Counted from the first letter of the stretch, positions 41,053 to 51,803 are shown. The stretch: 64,000 bases of DNA from Gammaproteobacteria bacterium (GCA_030829955.1 JAURNY010000018.1:94377-158376); one strand, 5' to 3'. Notes: a model not told the origin generated them from the sequence alone. Program-made: numbers and translations.

Positions 41053-42702
41053 ATGAAAAAATATATGGATTTAAGTCAGAAAAACGTTCTTAATTTACTG
41101 CGCGAACTGAGTGAAATCGGAATAGCGCTGTCATCTGAGCAGAAACATGAAGAATTGCTTGAACTTATCCTTATTAAAGCGATGGAAATCACCAATGCTG
41201 ATGGTGGTACGCTTTACTCTAAAACCGAAGATCAAAAGTTAAAATTTGAAATTGTTCATAATCGATCCTTAGGTATTCATAAAGGTGGCACCAGTAATGA
41301 AACCATTACATTTTATCCTATTGCACTTTACAACGAATCAGGCGAAGCAAACATACATATGGTTGCTGCGTGGGCAGCTATCAGTGGTGACATAATTAAT
41401 ATCGAAGATGCGTATGCATCCGACAAGTATGATTTTTCCGGTACGCAAAAATTTGATGAAAAAACCGGCTATTACTCGAAGTCATTCTTGACTGTGCCAA
41501 TGCGGAATCATGAAAACGAAATTATTGGCGTATTGCAACTTATAAATGCAAAAGATAAAGCTAGTAATGAAGTCATACCTTTTGATGCGCTTGATCAACA
41601 GCTGGTGGAATCTCTTTCCTCACAAGCTGCAGTTGCAATTACTAATAAAATATTGATAGAGGGTCAAAAGAAACTATTTGATTCTTTTATTCAATTAATT
41701 GCTGACGCGATTGATGAAAAATCGCCTTATACCGCAGGTCATTGTCGTCGTGTACCAGTGTTGACCAATATGTTAGCCGATGCAGTAAACAATATTAATA
41801 TCGGTCCGTTAAAAGACTTTTCCATGACAACTGATGAAAAATATGAACTGGAAGTAGCCGCCTGGTTACATGATTGCGGCAAGATTACAACGCCGGAATA
41901 TGTTGTTGATAAAAGCACTAAATTGGAAACCATATATGACCGTGTGTATGAAGTTGATAAACGTATCGAGATATTAAGACGCGATGCGATTATTAATTAT
42001 CTCAAGGCGCGTGTTCTAGAATTAAATCCTGATAATGACATTGATATGTTATTGAAAGAGAGTAATGAATTACAGCAACAATTGACTGATATTGAACAAG
42101 CCCGTGAATATATACATCTTTACAATATAGGTGGTGAATCACTAAAAGATGATGACATCAATCGTATTTCAGCGATAGCAGAAATTGAATGGATAGACGC
42201 AGAAGGTAATATTAATAAATTGCTTGATTCAGAAGAAAAGGAAAATCTGGAAATAGGTCGTGGCACATTAACTTTAAGAGAACGTGAAATTATTAATAAT
42301 CATGTTTCTGTTACGATTAAAATGCTTGAGTCATTACCTTATCCCAAACATTTAAAACGTGTGCCGGAATATGCCGGGGGGCATCATGAAAAGATCGACG
42401 GTACAGGTTATCCGAATAAATTAACGGGCAAGGAAATGTCATTACAGGCAAGAATGTTGGCAATCGCTGATGTATTCGAAGCATTAACGGCAAGTGATCG
42501 GCCTTATAAAAAAGCGATGCCATTATCTCAATCGTTAAAAATTTTGGGTCAAATGAAATTGAATAAACATATTGATGCCGATTTATTTGATATCTTTATG
42601 AATGAAAAAATCTATCTCAGTTACGCAAAAGATTATCTCAATGAAAGTCAGATCGACGATATCAGGCATGAAGAAATACCTGGTTATCAAACTTTATCCT
42701 AA
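41053..42702 (+). CDS. GAF-domain HD-GYP phosphodiesterase (putative c-di-GMP phosphodiesterase)
   Basis: 549 aa. N-terminal GAF, then an HD domain (LHDCGK) with the HD-GYP signature HHEKIDGTGYP. Confidence 0.85.
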   Translation: MKKYMDLSQKNVLNLLRELSEIGIALSSEQKHEELLELILIKAMEITNADGGTLYSKTEDQKLKFEIVHNRSLGIHKGGTSNETITFYPIALYNESGEANIHMVAAWAAISGDIINIEDAYASDKYDFSGTQKFDEKTGYYSKSFLTVPMRNHENEIIGVLQLINAKDKASNEVIPFDALDQQLVESLSSQAAVAITNKILIEGQKKLFDSFIQLIADAIDEKSPYTAGHCRRVPVLTNMLADAVNNINIGPLKDFSMTTDEKYELEVAAWLHDCGKITTPEYVVDKSTKLETIYDRVYEVDKRIEILRRDAIINYLKARVLELNPDNDIDMLLKESNELQQQLTDIEQAREYIHLYNIGGESLKDDDINRISAIAEIEWIDAEGNINKLLDSEEKENLEIGRGTLTLREREIINNHVSVTIKMLESLPYPKHLKRVPEYAGGHHEKIDGTGYPNKLTGKEMSLQARMLAIADVFEALTASDRPYKKAMPLSQSLKILGQMKLNKHIDADLFDIFMNEKIYLSYAKDYLNESQIDDIRHEEIPGYQTLS

Positions 42703-42711
42703 TAGCTACTA

Positions 42712-43590
42712 ATGAAGACTGACAGTTTACGCGAGCTGATTGAATCGACAGCGCAGCAGTTTCAGCAGGCAGAACTCTATTATGGTCATGGCACTGAAGA
42801 TGCGGCAGCAGATGCCTATTATCTGGTGATGTGTAAATTGGGTTTGGATTTCGATTGTGATGAGTCTGAATTGGAAAAACCGGTTTCGCAACAAAATGTC
42901 GATAAAATAAATGAATTAATTCATATGAGAATTCATAAACGAATACCTGTGGCCTATCTCGTTAAACAAGCATGGTTTGCTGGTTTGGAATTTTATGTTG
43001 ATGAACGTGTGCTTATTCCTCGATCACCAATCGCTGAGTTAATATATGAACAGTTCAAACCCTGGGTAAATTTAGAACAGGTTAGACACATACTGGATAT
43101 TGGAACAGGTAGCGCGTGTATAGCGATTGCCTGTGCTTATGTATTTCCTGAAGTGAAAGTACATGCCGTAGATATAGATCAGGATGCTCTTGATGTCGCT
43201 AGAAAAAATATTGATTTACATGAACTGAATGACCGAGTGACATTATTTAAAACAGACTTGTTTAATGAACTACCTAGACAACAATACGATATCATTATTA
43301 GCAACCCACCTTATGTAAGTAATGATGAAATGCAGACTTTGCCTGATGAATATCGTCATGAACCTAAACACGCGTTGGAAGCTAAGGATGATGGTTTGGC
43401 ATTAGTGAATCGAATCCTAAAACAGGCGGGGGATTATCTCACTGATAATGGCATTCTGATTGTGGAAGTAGGGAATAGTATGCAGATATTAATTGATAAG
43501 TATCCGGATATACCGTTTCACTGGTTTGAATTTGAATATGGTGGCGATGGTGTGTTTTTATTAACAAAACTACAACTAAATAGGATTTAA
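42712..43590 (+). CDS. prmB: 50S ribosomal protein L3 glutamine N5-methyltransferase
   Basis: 292 aa. NPPY motif (ISNPPYV), SAM-binding DIGTGSACIAIA and PrmB-specific N-terminal domain (YYGHGTEDA...YVDERVLIPRSPI). Confidence 0.85.
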   Translation: MKTDSLRELIESTAQQFQQAELYYGHGTEDAAADAYYLVMCKLGLDFDCDESELEKPVSQQNVDKINELIHMRIHKRIPVAYLVKQAWFAGLEFYVDERVLIPRSPIAELIYEQFKPWVNLEQVRHILDIGTGSACIAIACAYVFPEVKVHAVDIDQDALDVARKNIDLHELNDRVTLFKTDLFNELPRQQYDIIISNPPYVSNDEMQTLPDEYRHEPKHALEAKDDGLALVNRILKQAGDYLTDNGILIVEVGNSMQILIDKYPDIPFHWFEFEYGGDGVFLLTKLQLNRI

Positions 43591-43888
43591 TTTATCTACA
43601 TAAACGTAAATATCGGATTGTTGATATGCTTGATAGAAATTACATATCAACAACCCGATGTGGATATAATTAGTATATGCGAAGTTGCATGTCGATATTC
43701 AAATGATTAGGAACGTCGAGACAGGGTGTATGCAGAGATGATATTAGTAATATAGCTATCATTGATCAAAACAAATTGGCAAAATTTGGAGAATTTGTCG
43801 ATTAATGAAACGAAAGTAACTGTAGATACCGAATTTATAGTTATAGTTAGTTTTAATAGCAGATAACTAACATAGTTGAGGCAGAGTA

Positions 43889-44731
43889 ATGAAGACTTTA
43901 ATTAACACTAAAAACATGATTTTTATAGTTTTTTTAGCCATAACAGGTGTTGTTTTCGCTGGAGTTGCCCCAGAAGATTTTCGAGAAAAAAAATCTGACG
44001 AAGCTTGGGAAAAGAATTTGCGTAAGCAAAATTTTCAGGACAGGAAAATTATTATAGGTGTTGAGCAGAATATACTTGAAGTTAAAGCACCTTACACCGC
44101 AGAAGATGCGACAGTCGTTCCCGTATCTATACACACTAAAATTGATCAAACCCCGGAACGCTATATCAAGAAAATGCACATTTTTGTGGATAAAAATCCT
44201 TTGCCATTAGTAGGTGTTTTTGAATTCACGCCAGATAGCGGTAAAGCAGATCTCGCCATGCGAATTCGTGTCGATACGTTTAGTTATGTACGTGCCGTAG
44301 CGGAACTGAATACAGGTGAATTGTACATGGCGAAAAACTTTGTAAGGGCAAAAGGCGCTTGCTCCGCACCGCCACCAGCCAGTATGGAAGATTCAAAGAA
44401 ACTGCTGGGTAAAATGAAAATGAAGATGTTAGGGAATCTCAAGTATGGTGAACCTAATTTAATGCAAGTTAAAGTGCGTCATCCAAACATTACGGGTATG
44501 GCGCCATTAAAGATTGGTTCACATGTTATTCCCCCCGCATTTTATATGGATACTTTTGAAGTTACATATAATGATAAGCCGATTGTTAAAGCATTATTAA
44601 CGTTTTCTATCAGTATGGACCCGGCATTGCGTTTTTTCTTTGTGCCTAGAAAAGAAGGTGTTATGACAGTGAAAGGTACAGATACCAAAAAGAATGTCTT
44701 TAGTTCAACCTATGAAGTCAAAACCACATAA
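43889..44731 (+). CDS. fused SoxY-SoxZ-like sulfur carrier protein
   Basis: 280 aa with a signal peptide. N-terminal SoxY-like region with the Cys in a GACSAPPP linker, and a C-terminal SoxZ-like Ig fold (VKVRHPNITGM...PAFYMDTFEVTYNDKPIVKA). Confidence 0.6.
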   Translation: MKTLINTKNMIFIVFLAITGVVFAGVAPEDFREKKSDEAWEKNLRKQNFQDRKIIIGVEQNILEVKAPYTAEDATVVPVSIHTKIDQTPERYIKKMHIFVDKNPLPLVGVFEFTPDSGKADLAMRIRVDTFSYVRAVAELNTGELYMAKNFVRAKGACSAPPPASMEDSKKLLGKMKMKMLGNLKYGEPNLMQVKVRHPNITGMAPLKIGSHVIPPAFYMDTFEVTYNDKPIVKALLTFSISMDPALRFFFVPRKEGVMTVKGTDTKKNVFSSTYEVKTT

Positions 44732-45091
44732 GTGATAAGTTTCAGTATGTTTTGGAAATAATTATTAAAGGGGCAATATCATCCTGTTAATATTGATGAA
44801 CTTGAAGTCTGGGCTCAGGAAACCGAACCACAAGTGGAAAAAGGTATTCGTTCAGTTGAAGGCAAATGGAGGGTTATACTGGCCTCATATGAAAACTAGC
44901 AGATCGTATTTCAACAGCAAAATCAAATATTACAAGTAGGTATGGCGATTGATATTGATCAGGAATATATTAATTAACAAGCTTGGTTTAGATTAGTGAT
45001 AGTAAGTTACAGAGCAGATGCAAGTTTATTTTAGATGAAATGAAATCTACTTATGGTTTTTGCCAGCCCGCGCATAAGTAAGCGATAATAT

Positions 45092-46441
45092 ATGACTGAT
45101 ACGAAACATAATAAAGAATTTGAATATGTGGCAGGTAATGGCTTATTAGATAGACGTTTGTTTTTAAAGCGCGGCATTCAGTTTGGAACTATTACTGCGC
45201 TTGCTTCAACCGTCACTCAACTATTACAAGCAGAAACTGAAACAGCATTTAATTCGGCACGTCCTCCCTGGATGACTCAACCCGGAAAACCATTTTCTTT
45301 GTACGGTAAACCATCCGAATTCGAGGATGATGTAGTCCGGTTCCCAACGCAAAATGAATCAGTTCTTGGCAATGGAGTTTCGTGGTCGCCACTTCATTTA
45401 ATGGAAGGCACGATTACACCAAACGGTTTACATTTCGAAAGACATCATAATGGCATACCGCAAATTGATCCTGCCAAACATAAATTATTAATTCATGGCA
45501 TGGTAAAGCAGGATCTTTTTTTCAGAATGGAAGATTTATACCGTTACCCCATGCAATCAAAGATTTGTTTTATCGAATGTGGCGGTAATAGTAATGCGGG
45601 TTGGAATAGTTCACCCTCGCGTAGTGAAGCAGGTTATTTTAATGGCATGGCATCAAATAGTGAATGGACAGGTGTGCCGTTAAAGGTGTTACTTGCAGAA
45701 GCGGGTTTGAAATCTTCTGCAAAATGGTTGATTGCCGAGGGTGCTGATGCCTTTAATATGCAGATGTCGATTCCAATTGAGAAAGCTATGGATGATGCAT
45801 TCCTTGCCATCTATCAAAACGGTGAAAAGATTCGTCCCGAGCAAGGTTATCCATTGCGTTTAATTGTTCCCGGTTGGGAAGGCGTATTAAATGTTAAATG
45901 GTTACGACGTTTGATGATTACTGATCGGCCTGTGATGGCAAGAAATGAAACATCGCGTTATACCGAATTACAACCCGATGGTAAGGCAAGACAATTTACA
46001 TTTTTTATTGAAGCTAAATCATTAATTACATCACCATCTGCCAATATGTTACTTAAACAACCGGGTCTTTATCAGATTACGGGTTTGGCATGGTCGGGTC
46101 GCGGCAAGATTAAAAAAGTCGATATCTCTGCTGATGATGGCAAAACCTGGGCAGAAGCAGAGTTACAACAACCCGTATTGGATCGTGCCTTCACCCGTTT
46201 TCGTTTGCCCTGGCAATGGAATGGTAAAAAGACAGTGATTAAGAGTCGTGCAATGGATGAAACAGGATATGTACAACCAGAACGAACCGAACTTATTAAA
46301 AAACGCGGTAAACATGGTTTTTATCATTACAATGCCATTACGAATTGGCAAATAGATGAAGATGGCTATGTTTCTCATGTCTATGATAAAAATGAAAATC
46401 AAACACTCTCTGACAATAGTATTGATAGCAGTTGGGATTAA
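45092..46441 (+). CDS. soxC: molybdopterin sulfite/sulfane dehydrogenase catalytic subunit (SoxC/SorA family), Tat-exported
   Basis: 449 aa. Twin-arginine signal (LDRRLFLKRG), sulfite-oxidase Moco domain and C-terminal dimerisation domain. Confidence 0.8.
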   Translation: MTDTKHNKEFEYVAGNGLLDRRLFLKRGIQFGTITALASTVTQLLQAETETAFNSARPPWMTQPGKPFSLYGKPSEFEDDVVRFPTQNESVLGNGVSWSPLHLMEGTITPNGLHFERHHNGIPQIDPAKHKLLIHGMVKQDLFFRMEDLYRYPMQSKICFIECGGNSNAGWNSSPSRSEAGYFNGMASNSEWTGVPLKVLLAEAGLKSSAKWLIAEGADAFNMQMSIPIEKAMDDAFLAIYQNGEKIRPEQGYPLRLIVPGWEGVLNVKWLRRLMITDRPVMARNETSRYTELQPDGKARQFTFFIEAKSLITSPSANMLLKQPGLYQITGLAWSGRGKIKKVDISADDGKTWAEAELQQPVLDRAFTRFRLPWQWNGKKTVIKSRAMDETGYVQPERTELIKKRGKHGFYHYNAITNWQIDEDGYVSHVYDKNENQTLSDNSIDSSWD

Positions 46442-46937
46442 TCTTGTCTTTGCAGAAACAATGCAAGGTCCAGGCTTAGGACATGCTGCGACTATTGACG
46501 AAGTCGCAAAATGGAATATCAGTGTTTTTCCTGATGGTGAAGGCTTACCAGAAGGAAGGGGCTCAGTTAGCGAAGGTGAGGTGGTTTACAATACACAATG
46601 TGTGGGGTGTCATGCTCAAGGTGGTATAGGTTCTGCAGTAGGTGATCAACTTGCTGGCGCACAAATGGAATTAACTAGTGATTATCCTGAAAAAACTATT
46701 GGCAAATATTGGCCTTATGCAACAACTGTGTTTGATGTTATTCGTCGATCTATGCCGATGACGACTCCCGGATCATTAACTGATAACGACGCGTATGCTG
46801 TGACGGCTTATCTTTTGTATTTGAATAATTTGATTGATGTGAATGCGGTGATAGATAAGTCATCCTTACCAAAGGTTAAGATGCCGAATGAAGATGGGTT
46901 TGTGAAAGTTTATGAAGTGAAGGAGACGAATAAATAG
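46392..46937 (+). CDS. mono-heme c-type cytochrome (SorB / short SoxD-like partner subunit)
   Basis: The track ORF starts at 46356 with a Met cluster. Proposed start is the internal ATG at 46392 (MKIKHSLTIVLIAVGINLVFA signal peptide). Single CVGCH heme motif. Overlaps the soxC 3' end. Confidence 0.65.
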   Translation: MKIKHSLTIVLIAVGINLVFAETMQGPGLGHAATIDEVAKWNISVFPDGEGLPEGRGSVSEGEVVYNTQCVGCHAQGGIGSAVGDQLAGAQMELTSDYPEKTIGKYWPYATTVFDVIRRSMPMTTPGSLTDNDAYAVTAYLLYLNNLIDVNAVIDKSSLPKVKMPNEDGFVKVYEVKETNK

Positions 46938-46980
46938 TTATTTTTCCCGGCATCTTATTTTGTATAGATAATCAAAAATA

Positions 46981-48072
46981 TTATTTACTCAATATCGATT
47001 TTAATGTGTCTATAAAACGTTTGACATCATCAGCAGTCATTTCGCCCATGCATGATATCCGGAACATGGCTTTAGCAAAGGCGCCTTGTCCTGCATAGAT
47101 AATAAAACCCGCTTCTTTCAGTTTGTCATGCAAGTTGTCATAACTAACATTTTCAGGCAAATGAAAGGCATTTAATACACATGATGATTCTTCTAACTCC
47201 ATATAAGGTTTAATTCCATTTTCAATTAAACCCTTTCTTACTTGATTCATACGTTGCCAATACAATTTATGCCTTGCTTGCCAACCGCCATTTTCGCTTA
47301 ATTCATCCAGTGCTTCAGCAAGAGCATAGAAGGTTTGTATCGATTGGGTAAATGGTGTGCCATTGGCATCCTGATTTTTTAAATAGGTCACTAAATCAAG
47401 ATAAAGTGTTCTGGCTGGTGTTGCAGACATTTGACTAATTCCTTCACGATTACCAATAACAAATGATGTGCCTGGCACGCCATGTAAACATTTGTTCGCC
47501 GTTGCTGCACAGGCTGCAAGGTTCCATTCATGAAACTTTATTTCTTCCGCACCAAAGCTACTCACAGCATCCAGTAAAATAGTGGCATTGCTATTATATT
47601 GTTTGCATAGCCTGGCAACAGCATCAATATCATTTAAGCGGCCACTTGTAGTTTCATGATGAACGATAGCGATGTGTGAAAACGCTTTTTCATAATTGAG
47701 TTCACCCTCGATAAGTTTTAGATCGAGAGACTGACCCCATTCATGATGAACAATTTTGTGATTGATACCATGTATTTTGGCAATTTTAGTAAGACGTTCA
47801 CCGTAAACCCCGTTTTCGATGATTAAAACCTTGCCATGTGCTGGCACAAAACTCGTCATCATCGCTTCCATAGCTGATGTGCCAGAGCCGGTAAATAGAA
47901 TACTTGCCCAATCTTTATTATCTAATTTATATACATCAAGTAAATCAGTGCGTATCTTGCTTTGTAATTCAATAAACTCCTGTTCACGATGACAAAGGTC
48001 GGGTTTTAACAATGCCTGCCGTACTCGTTCACTCAATACAACAGGACCGGGATTCATTAATATTTTTTTCAT
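46981..48072 (-). CDS. phnW: 2-aminoethylphosphonate:pyruvate aminotransferase
   Basis: 363 aa. Class V aminotransferase. Position downstream of ppd and ppm matches the canonical AEP biosynthetic operon. Confidence 0.8.
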   Translation of the reverse strand: MKKILMNPGPVVLSERVRQALLKPDLCHREQEFIELQSKIRTDLLDVYKLDNKDWASILFTGSGTSAMEAMMTSFVPAHGKVLIIENGVYGERLTKIAKIHGINHKIVHHEWGQSLDLKLIEGELNYEKAFSHIAIVHHETTSGRLNDIDAVARLCKQYNSNATILLDAVSSFGAEEIKFHEWNLAACAATANKCLHGVPGTSFVIGNREGISQMSATPARTLYLDLVTYLKNQDANGTPFTQSIQTFYALAEALDELSENGGWQARHKLYWQRMNQVRKGLIENGIKPYMELEESSCVLNAFHLPENVSYDNLHDKLKEAGFIIYAGQGAFAKAMFRISCMGEMTADDVKRFIDTLKSILSK

Positions 48073-49226
48073 TAGAACTTACTCCCTATCTGATGCATAG
48101 CACGTTGCAAAACTTCAACAGGTAGCACATCTGGTCGCGGCAAATCATCTATTGTACCCGCTTTGATCTTGATATGTCCGAAAGCAGGGCCTTCATTATT
48201 GGTTGAGGCAAATAGTTCATCAATGATTGATAATTGGTTACCTGAAAGACTAAGACCATAACCACTGGCTTCAGCAACTTTAGCAAAATCAATATTAGCC
48301 GCAACCGTTGCTTGTGCTCCGGTTGAGTCATGTACTTCATTATCCAGCAGGATATGAATCAAATTATTACCGGCATAACTACCAAGTGTTGCGAAGTTAC
48401 CCATACGCATTAAACCTGCACCATCACCATCTATGATGACCACTTTCAAATTAGGTCTTGCCAGCGCGACACCTAAACCAAGTGAAGAAGCGCAACCCAT
48501 TGAACCGACCATATAAATATGATTGTGTCGATCATCAATCGCATAAAGTTCTCGGCCAGTAAATCCAGTCGTAGCAATAACTAATGAATTGTTAATCGGA
48601 GTATGTTCAATGATCTTTTTTAAAACCGTATTTCGATCAGCAAGATCAATTTGTTCATCGAAAGAATACCGAAGTTCTTTTTTGCGATTGCGAATATCAG
48701 TAACCGGATTCTTTTTTAATATATTTTTTTTAACTGTACCTTTTTCCATAATAAAGGCATAAGGGCGTTGTTCTTTTTCCATATGGTCCATCGCACGTTT
48801 CAGCGCTGGTTGAATATCTTTCGCATCTTTGGGAAATATTTCCCATGGCACATGCATGAGATCAAATAATTTTTCTGTAATTTGACCCATCAGTTCATGT
48901 TGTGGTTCATCCTTTAAACCGAGTTGGCCTCGATGTGTAGTAATAATTAAAAAAGGAATTCGAAAGACATAGGATAATGATGTAATTGGACTAACTGCAT
49001 TCCCTAAACCGGAGTTTTGCATCATCACGATTGAACGCTGACCACCAATCGCAGCGCCTGCTGCAGTTGCTAATGCATCACCTTCGTTAGTAGATGAAAC
49101 ATATTCGAGAGAATCGTCATTAATGACGTAGTTTATAAAAGGTGTCAGGAAAGAGCAGGGGACGCCTGTATAACGTGTAAAACCCAGCTCGCGAGCAGCT
49201 TCGACAAATTCTTCAGCTTCGATCAT
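48072..49226 (-). CDS. ppd: phosphonopyruvate decarboxylase (TPP-dependent)
   Basis: 384 aa. TPP-binding motif [10 protein letters not shown]...NN...[10 protein letters not shown]. 1-nt and 4-nt overlaps with neighbouring genes. Confidence 0.85.
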   Translation of the reverse strand: MIEAEEFVEAARELGFTRYTGVPCSFLTPFINYVINDDSLEYVSSTNEGDALATAAGAAIGGQRSIVMMQNSGLGNAVSPITSLSYVFRIPFLIITTHRGQLGLKDEPQHELMGQITEKLFDLMHVPWEIFPKDAKDIQPALKRAMDHMEKEQRPYAFIMEKGTVKKNILKKNPVTDIRNRKKELRYSFDEQIDLADRNTVLKKIIEHTPINNSLVIATTGFTGRELYAIDDRHNHIYMVGSMGCASSLGLGVALARPNLKVVIIDGDGAGLMRMGNFATLGSYAGNNLIHILLDNEVHDSTGAQATVAANIDFAKVAEASGYGLSLSGNQLSIIDELFASTNNEGPAFGHIKIKAGTIDDLPRPDVLPVEVLQRAMHQIGSKF

Positions 49227-50839
49227 GCTGTAAAATCACCTGCGCGATTAATATCATCCAGCGAATTAACATCCAGCCAATGTCCATCAATATAATGCAC
49301 ATTAATCGGTTTACCTTTTTCAATCAGATGATTGAGTAAATCAGGAATAGTGAGTTGATTAAAGTCATCGCGTTTGCGTAATTCCTTTAATGCTTTTGTA
49401 ATCCATTTTTTACCTTGTTTGCGAATACGCAGCATACCTATCCAGTAACCGGATGGTTTATTTCTGTCTGATTGGCGTGCTAGTTTTTTCAATAACACAT
49501 CCTGCATAAAGGGGTTTCGATCATCCTTCTTGCTACAAAAAGCAAGGTCAGGTGAACCGGAAAGATTAGGATTATCCAGTGCTGAATCGACAACTACTAC
49601 TATTTCCCCTGAGCTTTCGAGTAAATCACGCATAATATAACCACGGAATAACAGGTCGCCATAGAAAACCAGCATGTCATCACTAAAGTCTTTTTCTGCA
49701 CACGCGAATGATGTTAATTCATCAGAATTTTTAAATTGTTTATTAATGCGTTTATTAATGCCGGGAATATTGATTGCATTAGCTTTATAACCTGCAATAA
49801 CAGTCGTGTTATTAATACCCAGTTTTTTAAGTTCATCAATAGAACGGCGAAGTAATGTTTTTCCGCCAATATTAATCATTGTCTTGGGTTTATCCTCGGT
49901 CAGTTCATATAGTTCACTGCCACGACTCGCCGCAAGAACAATCGCATTAATATTTGACTGCTGACTTAGATATCGATCCTGTGCTTGTTTTAATTCATCT
50001 GCACCCTGTAATTCAAAGATATGATTAACTGTTGCAATTTGATCTTCCACATCCACTAATGATTCAAACTCAAAGATTTGGTTGCTAATTTTTTCCATCG
50101 CTGTAATTGATGCGCGAATCATATGATTTGCCCAGATCACCAGATTAATACCTGCTTCACGAAAGACATCGGTTGGGGTGCTGTAGTATTTGGTTGGTAC
50201 AATAACTAATGGACATCGCCCTGCCCATTCTTTTGCAAAGGCAAGCACTTCATCAGGGCGTGATAATTTACTATGAATTAAAATGCCATTAGCACCTGCT
50301 TTTCTATAAGCTTCCGCACGTTTTAATGCTTCATCCATTCCCCAGCCAGCAATCAGGGCTTCTACACGTGCAACAATACAAAAGTCATCATCACGCTGAC
50401 TATCTTTACCGGCTTTGATTTTGCCACAAAATTCATCAATATTTGCCAATGGTTGTTTCTCGCCATCGATAAAACTATTGGTTTTGGGAAATTGTTTATC
50501 TTCAATACAAACACCGGCGATATCACGTTGTTCAAGCTTCATTACCAGTCGTCGCATATTATTAAAGTTGCCATAACCGGTATCACCATCCAGCAATATC
50601 GGAATATTGGTGACATCCGACATAAACTCAAGCATGTCGACAACCTGTGTCCAACTGGCTTCATTACTATCACGCACACCAAATTGTGCCGACATGGATA
50701 AACCACTTCCCCAAACGCCTTTGAAACCGGCATTTTCAACAATACGTGCCGACATTCCGTTGTGTGCTTCCATAATGAATTCGAGCTTATTTGACTCGAG
50801 TAAATTACGCAGTTGTTTGGTTTTTTTTGTTTTAGCCAT
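49223..50839 (-). CDS. phosphoenolpyruvate phosphomutase fused to a C-terminal nucleotidyltransferase (PntC-like phosphonate cytidylyltransferase)
   Basis: 538 aa. Residues 1 to ~290 are Ppm/isocitrate-lyase superfamily ([11 protein letters not shown]...). Residues ~300-538 are a nucleotidyltransferase fold ([14 protein letters not shown]...GGKTLL). Confidence 0.8.
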   Translation of the reverse strand: MAKTKKTKQLRNLLESNKLEFIMEAHNGMSARIVENAGFKGVWGSGLSMSAQFGVRDSNEASWTQVVDMLEFMSDVTNIPILLDGDTGYGNFNNMRRLVMKLEQRDIAGVCIEDKQFPKTNSFIDGEKQPLANIDEFCGKIKAGKDSQRDDDFCIVARVEALIAGWGMDEALKRAEAYRKAGANGILIHSKLSRPDEVLAFAKEWAGRCPLVIVPTKYYSTPTDVFREAGINLVIWANHMIRASITAMEKISNQIFEFESLVDVEDQIATVNHIFELQGADELKQAQDRYLSQQSNINAIVLAASRGSELYELTEDKPKTMINIGGKTLLRRSIDELKKLGINNTTVIAGYKANAINIPGINKRINKQFKNSDELTSFACAEKDFSDDMLVFYGDLLFRGYIMRDLLESSGEIVVVVDSALDNPNLSGSPDLAFCSKKDDRNPFMQDVLLKKLARQSDRNKPSGYWIGMLRIRKQGKKWITKALKELRKRDDFNQLTIPDLLNHLIEKGKPINVHYIDGHWLDVNSLDDINRAGDFTA

Positions 50840-50850
50840 TTAATTCGTTT

Positions 50851-51582
50851 TTATATGTTAGGTAATATTTCATTTTGGGCCCGTGTAATATCTTCCGGAA
50901 AATCTATTTCAATCCATGCCAGACTAGTGATGTCTTCAACTGAAAATTTTTCCGGTGCTTCTAGCAAGCAATCACGTATTGCTTCTTCATAAGGTATTGA
51001 TGAGTCATCTAGTTTTAAATAATCATCAATTTTATCAATCATCATTTGTGCGATATCGCGATTGAATTTGAAAAAACCCACTGATTCACCTTGAGTCTCA
51101 AATTTTAATGATGCATCAACTTTCTTTCTAAATTCATTGATATGACCGTTACTATCAATACAAACTTTCACCGGTTCATCACCAGGAATAAAATCTTTAT
51201 CAATTAATAAACAATTTTCATGAGTTGATTTTATCAGGCGTTTAAGAATGTCAGGGTGATAAAGTACATCGGCATCCATTAGTATCATGTTCTCATCCCT
51301 GACCATGATGTCTTTGGCATAGGCTAGACTAATCAAGCTGCCTTCCTGAAATCTCGGATTAAGAATGAAGTGTAAATTATTCTCTGTTTGTAAATGTGAC
51401 TGAATTACTTCGGCCTGATAACCGACGACTATAGTGATATCTTGAATGCCATTTTGCTTTAATAGTTTTATATGACGTTGCATCAGACTGATAGCGCCAA
51501 ACTCCATCAGTGATTTGGGCTTATTGTCTGCGGAAGAACCAAGTCGATTTCCCATACCCGCTGCCAGTATGATTGCCTGCAT
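50851..51582 (-). CDS. LicC-like sugar-phosphate/phospho-base nucleotidyltransferase (second, stand-alone)
   Basis: 243 aa. N-terminal MQAIILAAGMGNRLG (NTP-transferase G-loop). First gene of the AEP operon. Confidence 0.75.
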   Translation of the reverse strand: MQAIILAAGMGNRLGSSADNKPKSLMEFGAISLMQRHIKLLKQNGIQDITIVVGYQAEVIQSHLQTENNLHFILNPRFQEGSLISLAYAKDIMVRDENMILMDADVLYHPDILKRLIKSTHENCLLIDKDFIPGDEPVKVCIDSNGHINEFRKKVDASLKFETQGESVGFFKFNRDIAQMMIDKIDDYLKLDDSSIPYEEAIRDCLLEAPEKFSVEDITSLAWIEIDFPEDITRAQNEILPNI

Positions 51583-51803
51583 GGTTTTATATTAACCTCT
51601 TTGATTATTCGGGTCAGGAATGATCTAAATGACCATTGCTGACCCGTCGAAAAACAGTGATGAGAAATCAATCTCAATAATTAGCCAATATTGTGTTTTA
51701 ATTATCGTTTATAAACAATGAAAATATCAGACATTTTTTCTTTACGAAAACTATGGTTAATCGCTTATCTAAAACGACTGCAATGTATGCTTCCAGTCAA
51801 TAA

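Noticed and set aside
44760-44900. About 38-codon open frame between soxYZ and soxC (…GQYHPVNIDELEVWAQETEPQVEKGIRSVEGKWRVILASYEN*)
   Set aside because: No ATG, GTG or TTG start in frame after the upstream stop, no RBS, and too short. Possibly a remnant, but it cannot be supported as a gene.
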